Shown here in pieces: positions 39,203 to 52,419 of a stretch of DNA of 64,000 nt. The position numbers and the translations under genes are program-made. The stretch spans positions 58,404,001 to 58,468,000 of the forward strand of contig NC_043006.1 in assembly GCF_006345805.1 (NCBI RefSeq), given 5' to 3'. Source of the stretch: Octopus sinensis. Lineage: Eukaryota. The first letter of the stretch is position 1. Every line of letters begins with the position of its first letter. Under the pieces are notes generated by a model. The model saw nothing but the letters and a program-made list of their open reading frames with translations, was not told where the DNA came from and made no database searches.

Positions 39203-39499
39203 ATATATATATGTATATATATATAATATGATATATATATATATATTATATATATATTATATATATATATATATGTATATTATAAAATATATATATATGT
39301 ATATATATATATATATGTGTATATTATATATATGTATATATAATATATGTATATATATATATATATATATGTGTATATATATATAATATGTATATATATA
39401 TCTAGATATATATATATATATATGTGTGTATATATATATATATGTATAATATATATATATGTATATATAATATGTATATATATAATGTATATATATATG

Positions 39500-39531
<32 letters not shown>

Positions 39532-39566
39532 ATATATGTATATATATATGTATATATATATATATG

Positions 39567-39615
<49 letters not shown>

Positions 39616-39647
39616 GTAATATATATATATATTATATATATATATAG

Positions 39648-39681
<34 letters not shown>

Positions 39682-39757
39682 TGTGTATATATATATATAT
39701 GATATATATTATATATGTAGTATAATATATATATATGTGTCATATATATATATATGC

Positions 39758-39788
<31 letters not shown>

Positions 39789-39886
39789 TATGATATATAT
39801 ATGTATATATATATGTATATATTATATATATATAGTATATATATCTATTATAGGTATATATAATGTATATATATATATATGATATA

Positions 39887-39920
<34 letters not shown>

Positions 39921-39940
39921 ATATATGTATAATATATATG

Positions 39941-39975
<35 letters not shown>

Positions 39976-40313
39976 GTATATGTATATATATGATATATAT
40001 ATATATGATTATATATATTATATATATATAATATATATATGTATATTATATATGATATATGTATGTATATTATTATGTATATTATATATATAATTGTGTA
40101 TATATATATATATGTATATATATAATATGTATATATATATATATATATGTGTGTATATATATATATATGGTATATATATATATATGTATATATATATATG
40201 TATATATATATATGTATATATATATGTATATATATATATATATATGTATTATATATATATATATATATATTGTATGATATAATATATGTATATTATATAG
40301 TATATGTATAATA

Positions 40314-40344
<31 letters not shown>

Positions 40345-40572
40345 ATATATATATGTATATATTATATATGTATATGTATATATATATATATGTATATGTA
40401 TATATGAATATATATATATATGAATATATATATATATGTATATATATTATGTATATATATTATGTATATATATATATATGGTATATGATATAATATATAT
40501 ATGTAATATAATTATGTATATATAATGTATATATATATATATGTATATATATCTAGATGTAATATATATATG

Positions 40573-40605
<33 letters not shown>

Positions 40606-40655
40606 TATATATATATATGTATATATATATGGTATATATATAATGTGTATATATA

Positions 40656-40727
<72 letters not shown>
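39203..40727. repeat. ~1.5-kb degenerate (TA)n array
   Basis: Direct reading; scattered TG substitutions. Confidence 0.98.
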
Positions 40728-40729
<2 letters not shown>

Positions 40730-40730
<1 letters not shown>

Positions 40731-41495
40731 GAAAATGAGCCAGAACAATGTGTGGTAACTACACAGGTATTGCTCTACTATCAGCTGCTGGCAAGGTTCT
40801 GGAAAATATTCTTCTTACCTGTCTGAATGGGTGTCTCGTAAATGATGTCCTATCTGAATCTCAATGTGGCTTCCGATCTGGTAGAGGGACAATGGATATG
40901 ATTTTCACAGCAGGACAGATGCAGGAGAAGTGCTATGAGCAGAATATGGATCTTGTCCAGGTATTCATTGATTTAACTAAGGCCTTTGATACTGTAAATA
41001 GGGCCTTTCTATGGAAAATACTTGGCAAACTTGGATGTCTGGATCACTTTGTATCTATAATTAAATCATTTCATAATGGGATGGAGGCTTGGGTCAATGT
41101 TGGTGGTGCCATGGCGGGACCCATTCCTGTAGAGAATGGTGTTAAGCAGGGTGACATCCTTGACTCAACTCTCTTTTCTTTGTACTTTGCTGCTACTTTT
41201 ACTCATGCTTTTGCTAAGGTTAGCTCTCTGGGAATATATGTCAGATATCGATCTTCTGGCCGCCTCTTTAATCTTCGCCGATTTGCTGCCAATTCAAAGG
41301 TTTCCCAGTCTATTATTCGTGACCTCCTTTATGCAGATGACTGTGACTTAGTCACTCATACAGTGGATGACATGCAAATACTCATGAATTGCATTTCTGC
41401 TTCTTGCAGGGCATTTTGACTCAGCATTAGCCTGGACAAGACTGTTGTAATGTTCCAGCCTGCACCAGGAAATCCATATATAGAACCAGCTATTT
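40730..41495 (+). mobile_element. RTE/BovB-like LINE RT fragment
   Basis: GIALLSAAGKV, SQCGFRSGRGTMDMIF, FIDLTKAFDTV, GVKQG, YRSSGRLFNLRR, LLYADD. Confidence 0.93.
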
Positions 41496-41618
41496 ACTGT
41501 TTACATCTCGTTCTGAGATTTAATAATGCTTACAGTCAGTTTTTCGAAATCGGTGGCAGACGTCACTAGAAAAACTCTTATATATTTTGCAAACAGGCCT
41601 TGTCTTTCATCGTGACCT

Positions 41619-41678
41619 AGTGATTACCGCCCGTTGATAAGAGACAATAATCTCGAAACCTGTCCGGTGCGTATCACT
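41619..41678 (+). ncRNA. Hammerhead motif with U3:A8 core and extended bulged helix I
   Basis: AGTGATTACCGCCCG-TTGATAA-GAGA-CAATAA-TCTC-GAAAC-CT-GTC-CGGTGCGTATCACT; predicted cut after C41664. Confidence 0.75.
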
Positions 41679-41838
41679 CAGGGTAACGAGAAAGGGATAG
41701 CCTCCCTTTGCAAATACTTAAAGGGCACAGAAAGGGTGTCTAAAGCCAGCTGGAGACGATGATCTCCTGGGGTTAAAAAGCTACATATACTTTATACTTT
41801 ATATATATATATATATACTTATGTGTGTGTGTGTGGTG

Positions 41839-41876
<38 letters not shown>

Positions 41877-42539
41877 AAATTCATTTTTGGACTTTCTTCT
41901 ATCGAAGGCATTCTAACAAAAATGCTTCCGTATAAACGGTGAAAATATTGTCAAATTCCCCAAACAGGGACAGAATTCAATTTTTAAACAATAACCAAAG
42001 CTCCTTCTCCCAAAGGGGTGGGGGAGTTACAGTTTACAATTATTTAACAAAAGCAACACAGCAACGTTTCCCTTACGAGGAACCAATAAACGTGATAACA
42101 ATAGTTAAACAGTAATAATAATAACAACAAACCTTACGGTGAATTAAAAAGCAGTACACAGTTGAAGCTATAGTCCTTTATGTATAAGAAATAAACCAAC
42201 AGCAGTACTCAGTAGAAGCGGCTGTTCGAGAAACAGACATTACATACAGCCAAACTTCATATAGATACTTAATGCTAGCTAATTAGCAGATAATCTAATG
42301 TAAAAGCCATGGTAAACGGTATGTGCACAGCTCCATCTCGACTATTCCATTTCTGCACACCAATTTTATCTTTAATTTATTCACATTCGTGTGAAACCAC
42401 TTATTCAAGTTCCAGTCATTGATGCAATTTTATACCAATTGCTATTTTTAATTTTTATTATGTTACGATTATATTATACTTTAGTTTGATATTAATTATT
42501 ACTTACCACATATAATTCAATTTTTATTATTATCTCTAA

Positions 42540-42968
42540 TTTTTATTGTTAAAGTGAAAGTATCTGACATAAAATAGAGAAATATTTTTGTTTCACTTTT
42601 AACACGTAATACTGAAATAGTGGAGAAGATATGATATTGCTATGGACTCGCCCTAGGCAAGAAGTTGAACATTTTTTTTTGCCCATGAATCTACATGGCC
42701 TCTGAGTAAGGCATGTGTAAAATTTGAATGAAATTGGTTGTGTAGTTCTCAAGTTTTAAGGAATCGTAGTGGAGAAGATATGGTATTGCTGTGGGCTCGC
42801 CCTAGACAAAAAGTTAAACATTTTTTGCCGATGACACTCCCCGGACCCTAAGTAAGGCATGTGTAAAATTTGAATGAAATTGGTTGTGTAGTTCTCAAGT
42901 TTTAAGGAAACACACAGACAGACAGATAGACACACACACATTCTCAGTTTTATATATATAGAGATAAA
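42540..42968 (-). mobile_element. Non-autonomous Helitron/Helentron-like (DINE-type) element with two ~145-bp tandem units
   Basis: Minus start TCTCTATATATATAAAACTGAGAATG plus (GTCT)n; tandem units ~42624-42765 and ~42771-42908. Confidence 0.6.
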
Positions 42969-44049
42969 TGTATTTATGGGGGGGAGGGTAATATTGAAAA
43001 ACATCAATACATGCAAGAGTGATAAAGAAACGAGGAGGGGTGTCTTTGGATGTGCTAGAAACACAGCAAAATCACTCTTAAATCACTCACTTTTCCCTCT
43101 GAAAATATTAACAATTTAAAAAGAAAAATTTACCGAAAATACTCTCCCCATGGTTTTTGAAGTGAAAAAGAAAATTGACCAAAATAGGTCTGGAGTGGGG
43201 TGATGAGGGAGGGGATATGAAAAATGAGTTTACAAAACTTTTTCCATACAAAGATGCCCTACTCCACCTCCTCATTTCGAAAGCTGTGGTTAAAAAAAGG
43301 AGGAAAATCCCTGAAAAAATTTCCCCACAAATTTCTTTATAATCGTAATCTATGCCGTTTGAAAGGGATTTGTATAAATTTTCATTAAAAGACACCCATC
43401 TTCCTGAAAGTTATGAGGGAAAAAAGTCAGATTGTGTTAATTTTCCAAAATTCCTCTCTCCACCCCCTCGGGAAAATTCGTTTTCATAAATCCCTATATA
43501 CTCTGAAGCCACAACATCTAAGAGGTATTTGAAGAAAATTTTGTTAAAAAGTATTCTTTTTTTTCGTGTTGTTATGAAGCAACAAAGTTGGGGATTTATA
43601 ATCTGTATTAATGCCCTTTTATTTATACGATTTTTTCATTCCATGTTTATTTCATTCATTGTTTACAATGTGCTCTCCCCCTTTCTCTCTCTCTCTCACA
43701 CACACACACATACACACACACACACTACAAAGCTACAGAAGGACTGCTGGATTGAAATCTCTATGTTGCTTTGAGGAGAAGTTAAAATTTAACAAACTGC
43801 TAATTCCTCTGTTGTTGGACTACCATGATGTTTGTTTAAAATAGAGAGATTATGACTGATAAAATGATGAAAGCAATACTTACTAAGCAAGTGAGCACTA
43901 TTATACAGAGAAATAGCCGTGTAATATAAAAATTATTAGAATTGGGAATCAAATGTGAAAATATTATCAAGGGGCTAGCAGAAAACCGCCCGGAGGGCGA
44001 TCTTTCTGCTACTACTACTAATAATAATCATAATAATAATAATCCTTTC

Positions 44050-44703
44050 TACTAGAGGCACAAGACCTGAATTTGGTGGTGGGGGGGCAGTCGATTAGAT
44101 CGACCCCAGTACGCAACTGGCACTTAATTTATCGACCTCGAAAGGGTGAAAGGCAAATTCGACTTCGGCAGAACTTGAACACAGAACGTAGCAACGGGCG
44201 AAATACCGCTAGCCATTTTCTTGGCGTGCTAACGATTCTGCCAGCTCGCCACCTTAATAACAACAACAATAATAATACTAATAGTAATAATAATAATAAT
44301 AATAGTTTCAAATTCTTCCATAAGGGGGAGAGGATGAGTCGATTACCTCGACCCCAGTGTTCAAGTGATACTTATTTTATCGACTCCGAATGTATGAAAG
44401 GCAATGCCAAACTCGGCGGAATTTGAACTCAGAATGTAGCGACGAAATACCTCTAAGCATTTCGTCCTGCGCGCTAACGATTCTCCCAGTTCACCGCCTG
44501 AATAATAATAATAACCTAAATAAATAATTGACGGAAAACGAAAAAAGAATTGACTAGGCTGAAAGTGTTTTTTAATTCTAATTGTTAAAAAAAAATTCCT
44601 GACAAGAAACACTAAAGTAAAACATTAATTATCAATGCTGTTCCAACAAGAATCAACCAATCACAAAACGCATACAAAATAAATAATTAAATAAATAAAT
44701 AGA

Positions 44704-44750
<47 letters not shown>

Positions 44751-45780
44751 AATACAAGTTAAAAACAAAATGTATGAGAAAGAATTGATAAAAGTTGATA
44801 GCGTAAACAAAACGCAGACATTATAATTCCATCTGTTTCAAACAAATGGTCATTAGTAAATCTAGTTAACGCGTCATTAGTAATTAGGATGGATTAGACT
44901 ACAATAAAATACAACAATAATTAGACGTTTAACTTTATTATTTATATTTGCTGCAACAAAGCAGCGAGCTGGTAGAATCGTTAGCACGCAGGACAAACTG
45001 CTTTCTGGTATTTTGCCCGTCTTTAAGTTCAAATTCTACCGAGGTTGGCTTCGTCTGTCATCCTTTTGGAGTCGATAAAATAAGTACCTATTTCTTTACT
45101 ACCCACAAGGGGCTAAACACAGAGAGGACAGACAAACGGATTAAGTCGATTATATCGACCCCAGTGCGTAACTGGTACTTAATTTATCGACCCCGAAAGG
45201 ATGAAAGGCAAAGTCGACCTTGGTGGAATTTGAACTCAGAACATAACGGCAGACGAAATACTGTTAAGCATTTTGCCCGGCGTGCTAACGTTTCTGCCAG
45301 CTCGCCGCCTTAAAATAAGTACCGGTTGAGCACAGATCTCACCCCTACTCAAATATTGCTAGTCTTTCCCAAGTTTTTGAAACCACCATCTCCATCATCA
45401 TTATCATTATTGTTTTACTTCTCAGAGAGCTCGGTCTTGTTTGCTCTGGTTGATTCTGTGAGAGCGGATAGCAACCTGTTGTCCGATGTTTCACAGGATC
45501 TTTGTCCGCACAGTATAAGCTTTGATACTTGGTTGTTAATTAAAAAAAAACATTCAACATCCAAGTATCAATCTCAAAATCCTAGCTTCCCCCAGCAGAG
45601 CAGTTTGGGGGGCTTGGCCTGCTTCCATGTGAATCCCTTTTCTCTGACATATTTCTCGAACTTGGTTGTTTGCGCTCCGAAGGCGGCGAGCTGGCAAAAT
45701 TGTTAGCACAGCGGGAATAATGCCTTCTCTCCTCTTGAGGGTCGATAAAATAAATACCAATTGAGAATTGGTGTCGATGT
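44050..45780. mobile_element. Cluster of SINE-A copies (minus 44050-44252, 44320-44500, 45085-45310; plus 44960-45085, 45680-45780) with (TAA)/(TAAA)n repeats
   Basis: Family motifs; the last copy is cut at GTCGATGT by the hAT insertion. Confidence 0.85.
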
Positions 45781-48700
45781 CAGGGGTTATAAAAAAGTAT
45801 TTGATGACAAATTAATTGCAATACATTAGAGTCATACTGCCAGTTAAATAATTGATTACTATCATATCAATTAATTGCAACATTATCAGCGAAAGCTTTT
45901 CAAATGGCTCATATTTCATTCGACGTTCAATTGGCAAATACAGGGTTCTGTTATTATTTGAGGCATTGTGTTGACGCTTTGTACTGACGGCTGAGAATGA
46001 TTCATATATTCTGTCGGGCCTAGGAATTGACTATTGTCAATGTTGTTAAATAATCACTGTCGAATTATTCTTGGTTCTAACTGCCGAGAATGATTCACAC
46101 GTTCTGTCTTCAAGGCATTAAATCGTAACTTCGCCCGCAACGCAGTTGTATCCTGAATTCCGAGTTTTCTTCAACATATTAAACTGAATCAGAAATGTTT
46201 TCTATTTTAAACTGTGGCGAAATATCTTTTATTTTAAACTAACCCATGCCGCGTGAAAACGAGCAAATCGTCAGAAAATATTTTAACCAAACATGTATGG
46301 AAATGCAAGTGTGGAAAAAAGCTGACCCAGAAAATCGGAATTGAATGGACAAATTTTATGAATCATAAAAAAACAGCATCCAGAGTATTCTACTACACAA
46401 GCGCTGTCGAGTGATTTTTGGTTCTGGCTGCAGAGAATGGTTCACGCATGTCTTCAAGTCAATAAATCGTAACTTCGCCTGCAACGCAGTTGTATCCCGA
46501 ATTCCGAGTTTTCGGCCTTAAATGTTTATGGTTGGATTGAGTGGGTATGTGTTGGTTTAAATCACTTTCCTTTGCTGAAGACCCACTGACTCATAAGTAC
46601 ACGAACTCGGGAAGTGTGGCAAATGTGACCTTAAAGAATACATCGAGAAACTTACTCAAGAAGTGGAAAAGAAAATATTTGATGAACTTCCAAGTAAATT
46701 TTCGTTGGTAATCAACGGTTGGACTAAGGGTTCGACGCATTTCATTGGACTTTTTGCATCTTATTCGTGCAATTATCAAAATGACTATTGTACTGTTTTG
46801 CTGGCATTTTCACCCATGGTGAGTGAAACATCATTCGCTGCCTCTGATTATGTCAAATTTATAGATTATTTTTTAAGCGTCTATAACAAAAATTTAGAAA
46901 ATGTAACTATTACTGGAGATAATACTGAAGTGAACAAATCTATAGCGAATTTGTGTAGAATACCATTGATTGGATGAGTCTCTCATAAATTCAATCTAGT
47001 TGTTTCTGCTTATCTCAACAAGTTGTAAGTTCTGCTTGATAAAATTAATATATTGATGGGCAAACTAAAATCATTAAGACTTGCAGGTAAACTCCGGGAA
47101 AAAACAGTTCGGAGGAGGGGCAAGTCGATTACATCGACCAGGAGTTGTAAATACTTGATTGAAACCTTTCCAATCAATTATTTTCCTAGTAATCAATTAA
47201 TTTTAATCGGGATACAGGCCAATCGATTATTGCAAGTAATTGTCAAATATTTTGCCAAACGTAAAATACCATATATTTTGGAGTGTTTAGCTTCGATTTA
47301 GATAAGAGCCAAAATGATAGGAAAATAAAAGGCATGTCTTATAGTTTCAAAAAACTTTATTTTCAGAAAAAAATTTAATTTATTGATTTAGAATAGGGAA
47401 CAAACAACATGCATACTCTACATTGTACAGAAGTTAAAAAACAAATAAATTGAAAGCCTTTAATTGAAAGAGTTTCTCAAACGAATAGCACAATTAAAAT
47501 GCTCTGACTTTTAGGAATAATTGCATTTCTAAATTAATTGGTGTTAAGTATTCACTTTCAAAATCTGGGCTGTGCACAATGGCTGCTGATTGAAGTAAAT
47601 ATTTTAAAAACCCTTCGCAAGGATACAATGTGAGAATTTCTTCAAAAAGAATTCGAGCATCTCCCAAATCTATTTCTGTTTTTTCCCAACACTACCACCA
47701 CTGCCACCAACGTCACCAGCGTTTCCACTAACATGACTACAGACAACAAAAGACCGTCGCCAGCAATAAAAAAAAGCAAAAAACATCAGCAAAGGAAAAG
47801 TACGAGACAAATTTCCCACTGCTAAAAGTTACAATGTTGCCATAGCAGACGCAGCCGGGGAAAATACCTATTTCTTTACTACCCACAAGGGGCTAAATAC
47901 TACCCACAAGGGGCTAAATACAGAGGGCTAAATACTACCCACAAGGGGCTAAATACAGAGGGGGACAAACAAGGACAGACAAAGGGATAAAATCGATTAC
48001 ATCGACTCCAGGGCGTAACTGGTACTTAATTTATCGACCCCGAAAAGATAAAAGGCAAAGTCGACCTCGGCGGAATTTCAACTCAGAACGTAAGGGCAGA
48101 CGAAATACCTATTTCTTTACTACCTACAAGTTGTAAGTTCTGCTTGATAAAATTAATATATTGATGGGCAAACTAAAATCATTAAGACTTGCAGGTAAAC
48201 TCCGGGAAAAAACAGTTCGGAGGAGGGGCAAGTCGATTACATCGACCAGGAGTTGTAAATACTTGATTGAAACCTTTCCAATCAATTATTTTCCTAGTAA
48301 TCAATTAATTTTAATCGGGATACAAGCCAATCGATTATTGCAAGTAATTGTCAAATATTTTGCCAAACGTAAAAATACCATATATTTTGGAGTGTTTAGC
48401 TTCGATTTAGATAAGAGCCAAAATGATAGGAAAATAAAAGGCATGTCTTATAGTTTCAAAAAACTTTATTTTCAGAAAAAAATTTAATTTTATTGATTTA
48501 GAATAGGGAACAAACAACATGCATACTCTACATTGTACAGAAGTTAAAAAACAAATAAATTGAAAGCCTTTAATTGAAAGAGTTTCTCAAACGAATAGCA
48601 CAATTAAAATGCTCTGACTTTTAGGAATAATTGCATTTCTAAATTAATTGGTGTTAAGTATTGTCGAAAATCCTTAAAAGCGTAACCTGCTGAGTTGAAG

Positions 48701-49065
48701 AAACGTTCCAAGATGTTTGGACGTTGGTAACAAGAATCTACAGTTCAGATATTGCTGAGGAGAAATTTGAGCTTCTTACTGTTTTTTCAAACAAATTGAA
48801 GCAAAACCACCATCTTCTACAGGTAAATCAGTCTGCTGCGAGGTGTCTGTCACTATTTTCAGCTGATGTAGAGCAGCCACTTCATCCGCAGTTAGCTCTG
48901 CTCCTGCATGTTGTAAAATTTTCACAACTTCACTTTCAAAATCTGGGCTGTGCACAATGGCTGCTGATTGAAGTAAATATTTTAAAAACCCTTCGCAAGG
49001 ATACAATGTGAGAATTTCTTCAAAAAGAATTCGAGCATCTCCCAAATCTATTTCTGTTTTTTCCC
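45781..49065 (+). mobile_element. hAT-like DNA transposon: N-terminal half on plus, C-terminal half and right end inverted, then tandemly duplicated
   Basis: TIR CAGGGGTTATAAA at 45781 versus CAGGAGTTGTAAA at 47139; 8-bp TSD GTCGATGT (45773-45780) and its reverse complement ACATCGAC (47131-47138). Plus strand INGWT...TGDNT...SHKFNL; minus strand DARILF...IVHSPDFES...LPTSNILERFF. Confidence 0.85.
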
Positions 49066-49447
49066 AACACTACCACCACTGCCACCAACGTCACCAGCGT
49101 TTCCACTAACATGACTACAGACAACAAAAGACCGTCGCCAGCAATAAAAAAAAGCAAAAAACATCAGCAAAGGAAAAGTACGAGACAAATTTCCCACTGC
49201 TAAAAGTTACAATGTTGCCATAGCAGACGCAGCCGGGGAAAATACCTATTTTTTTACTACCCACAAGGGGCTAAATACAGAGGGGGACAAACAAGGACAG
49301 ACAAAGGGATAAAATCGATTACATCGACTCCAGGGCGTAACTGGTACTTAATTTATCGACCCCGAAAAGATAAAAGGCAAAGTCGACCTCGGCGGAATTT
49401 CAACTCAGAACGTAAGGGCAGACGAAATACCTATTTCTTTACTACCT
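47018..49447 (+). repeat. Tandem duplication: units 47018-48125 and 48126-49447
   Basis: Near-identical units joined at ACAAG. Unit 1 lacks 48663-48930 and carries an extra tandem expansion of TACCCACAAGGGGCTAAATAC. Confidence 0.93.
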
Positions 49448-49665
49448 ACAAGGGGCTAGACACAGGGAGAACAAACAAGGATAGACAAATGGATTAAGTC
49501 GATTATATCGACCCCAGTGCGTAGCTGGTACTTATTTAATCGACCCCGAAAGGATAAAAGGCAAAGCCGACCTCGGCGGAATTTGAACTCAGAACGTAGC
49601 GGCAGACAAAATACTGCAAATCATTTCGCCCGGCGTGCTAACGTTTCTACCAGCTCGCCGCCTTC
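49245..49665 (-). mobile_element. Tandem SINE-A copies (also at 47865-48125)
   Basis: Family motifs; head at ~49660. Confidence 0.85.
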
Positions 49666-49899
49666 AGCAGGGGAAAATACCAATAACAAAAAGCTACAAT
49701 AATACTAACGGAAGCACTGCCATCTCCACTACCAACACCAACCCCACACACTCTGCAACAAAGAATATAACAGGAGAAAACCACAAAAGTAGCAGTGGCA
49801 CGGAGAACAGCAGCAACACAATGACAAAAACAACATAGACAAAATAACATCAATAACAAGAGCAGCGGTAAAATAAATGGTGACTTATGTGTGATCCTC

Positions 49900-51480
49900 T
49901 CAACACAACACATATGGATTCCCCAAAACCAGCTGTTTCCTTTGCGGATAAAAAATACGGAAGCACTTACAGTAAACGAGGATGAATTAAGAGAGGTCGA
50001 AAAGATGTTAAAAAAGAGGAATCACAGAATCAGCATATAGGAACGCAAAACCCATATCACTCGAGGTAGGGGCTTTGGGACGGTGGACGTATTCTTTGAA
50101 ACACCAGAGGAAGCAAGAAAACACTCCCTCATACCACTCAGGAGCGAAGAGATCACTCTGCTACCAGTATAATGTGAGTAAAGATTGGTAAAAACAAAAG
50201 TAATCAAGGTGCCGCCCGCAATAACTATTCCCTGGATCGTGGAAACTGTTTTCGTGGATGTTGAGGACAGCAGACAGATCCTTGAAGTAAGGAAAATAAA
50301 AACTGAAAATTGGTCATGGTCTAGTCTAATCCAAAACGAACCAAGATAACATCTATGCCATCCCCAAACATAACAGACTTTGTGGACGGCACCCACCTCT
50401 CTTTGACCGGAGAGAGCAGAAGGTCAAGGAATTATACATGTGACGCGAAAATGCGCCTGAAGAATTTCAACTCTCAGCAAACGACCAAACAGATAAGACC
50501 ACATCTGCCTACATCACATACGACACTGGCGCCAACAGCGGCCGTTATAACACCAAAAACCCTACCAGTGTCAACAACAGCAGCGGCAGCAACAGTAGCA
50601 GGAGCCCTATCACCATCAACTATGCTAGAAGCAACACCAATACATGTAACAACACCACAAATAGAAGACATGCCCCTACCCAATTTGGACATGGGGTGTA
50701 GCTGTGAGGGAGAGTGGCAAATTGTGAATAAACAAGAAAAAAGTAGACAATTAACCCACAAAAACGACGACTCCAAAAACGGACCACAAACAAAGGACAC
50801 ACAACACTAGGTTCAACAGTACCATCCAATTCACCATCACTAGCAGCAAGGCCACCATCACGAACATCAATAGCACCAAGCTCACCTCCTCAACCAGCAT
50901 CGGCAACACAACAGACAACATTCCAAACACAACCAAGCCCTCATCCGCACCAACAATAACAACAGCAAAAAGATACAAACACCACAGACTACACAGCAAT
51001 AAACATTAATAACAAAAATCTACTTCACTACATATAACACAACACCGGCATACCGGAAACAAATTTCATAACGCTCCCAGAAATCGCACCATCCACACAC
51101 AAAAATTATTCCCATAGACCAAAAAAGTATGCAATGTTAAAAATAAAAGTTTCTGAGGCAGTTGAGGACTGCTGAGGAACACTATAAAAAAGATAACACA
51201 GACATTCTTGAGAAGAACTGGCCTGAAGGGATGGAGCATCCGTCCTTCCTTCAAAAGACTAAGGTAAATGGTCTCTCCCACTCTTTCCCATTCTTTATTT
51301 AACATGGCCTTACTTAGAATAGGCTGCATAGATGCTCACCTCTTGGGGTCATCCTGAAAGAAGGGTTTGCTCAACGATCTCAAGTCTCTGAATATTGATA
51401 TGGTGGCCATCAGCGAGACCAAAATTTCTGAGGCATGAGTCTTTGCACCCATTTTCGATGGCTACAAAATTCATTTCGTG
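49900..51480 (+). mobile_element. Degenerate Tx1/L1-clade LINE: ORF1 relic and start of the ORF2 endonuclease
   Basis: ORF1-like GFGTVDVFFETPEEARKHSL...KVPPAI; MALLRIGCIDAH...LLNDLKSLNIDMVAISETK (APE N-terminus) at ~51303-51470. Confidence 0.65.
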
Positions 51481-52419
51481 GAGTTTTTGAAGCATGACCA
51501 GTAAACAAGTGTCATCTTAGCCTACTAGCTGTGGACAGCTGACACTTTCCACCATACCCAACAAAGTAAGCTGAGAGTTTTCAGCAAATAATAACAACGC
51601 CTATTGTTGAAATGCTGTGCATATGAATTAAGAAAGTGAGCGCTGTAATTTATATTATCCTTTCAGACTTACACGCGTTGTGTGAACATGAAATGTCACT
51701 ATGATAAAAGAAACGATATCAGTGTTCGTAGTCAGTGATGTGAAGGTATCTTGTTCAACTCAAACATATATTGTATTAAGGTCAGTTGAGAAACATGAGT
51801 AGACAGCGGCGAACGTCACCGATCGCTTACTCAAACAGTAATCAGTTTGAATAAAGAAAGACAATGAAAACAGCTTTGAGTTTCGCTTTTGTAACAAATA
51901 TATGATTGATAGTTACTGCTCTGTCCTTGATCCAATAAACTGGTGAACACAATGAACGATAAGACTTATTACAGGTGAAGTAATAACTCTTGTGTATACC
52001 GAAGCTGAAACTATACGGAGTCCTGTAAACACTTTGAAAGATATTGTATAGATTACCCGACGGAGTTTGTTTTTTAACTCGAATCCTGGCTAAGAAACTG
52101 GGCAGCGATTCGCTTCATATGTATATAATGAAAGCAATGGACACATAATGAAAGAAGACAACACAGGAGGGACAAGTTTTAATAAATGTACTACTCAAAG
52201 CTTATAAGGCAGGGAAACAGCTTCGACGTTTTGGTCGCTAGTCCTTTCACCAAAAGAAAATAGAGAAAAACTACAAAAAGGAGAGTGAAGAAGAAAATGT
52301 GGCTAGTGAGGTAAAATATGGGTGAGGTGGTTGGGAGCCAGGTGGGAATGCAGTTTTGTGGAGCGAATTAAAAAGAGAGAAATGGAGTACGTATAGGTGT
52401 GCTTCCATGATATTCTAAT

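Noticed and set aside
50355-51000. Thr/Ala-rich ORF resembling a mucin
   Set aside because: It is the low-complexity (CAA/ACA-rich) tail of the Tx1-like ORF1 region, with stops and frameshifts nearby.
51640-52070. Faint mariner-like coding relic
   Set aside because: No catalytic motif or TIR could be read with confidence.
52221-52260. Hammerhead-like relic on the minus strand (TTGGTGA...CC-AAAAC-GTC-GAAG)
   Set aside because: A6 and G12 are both altered; at best a dead pLTR motif.
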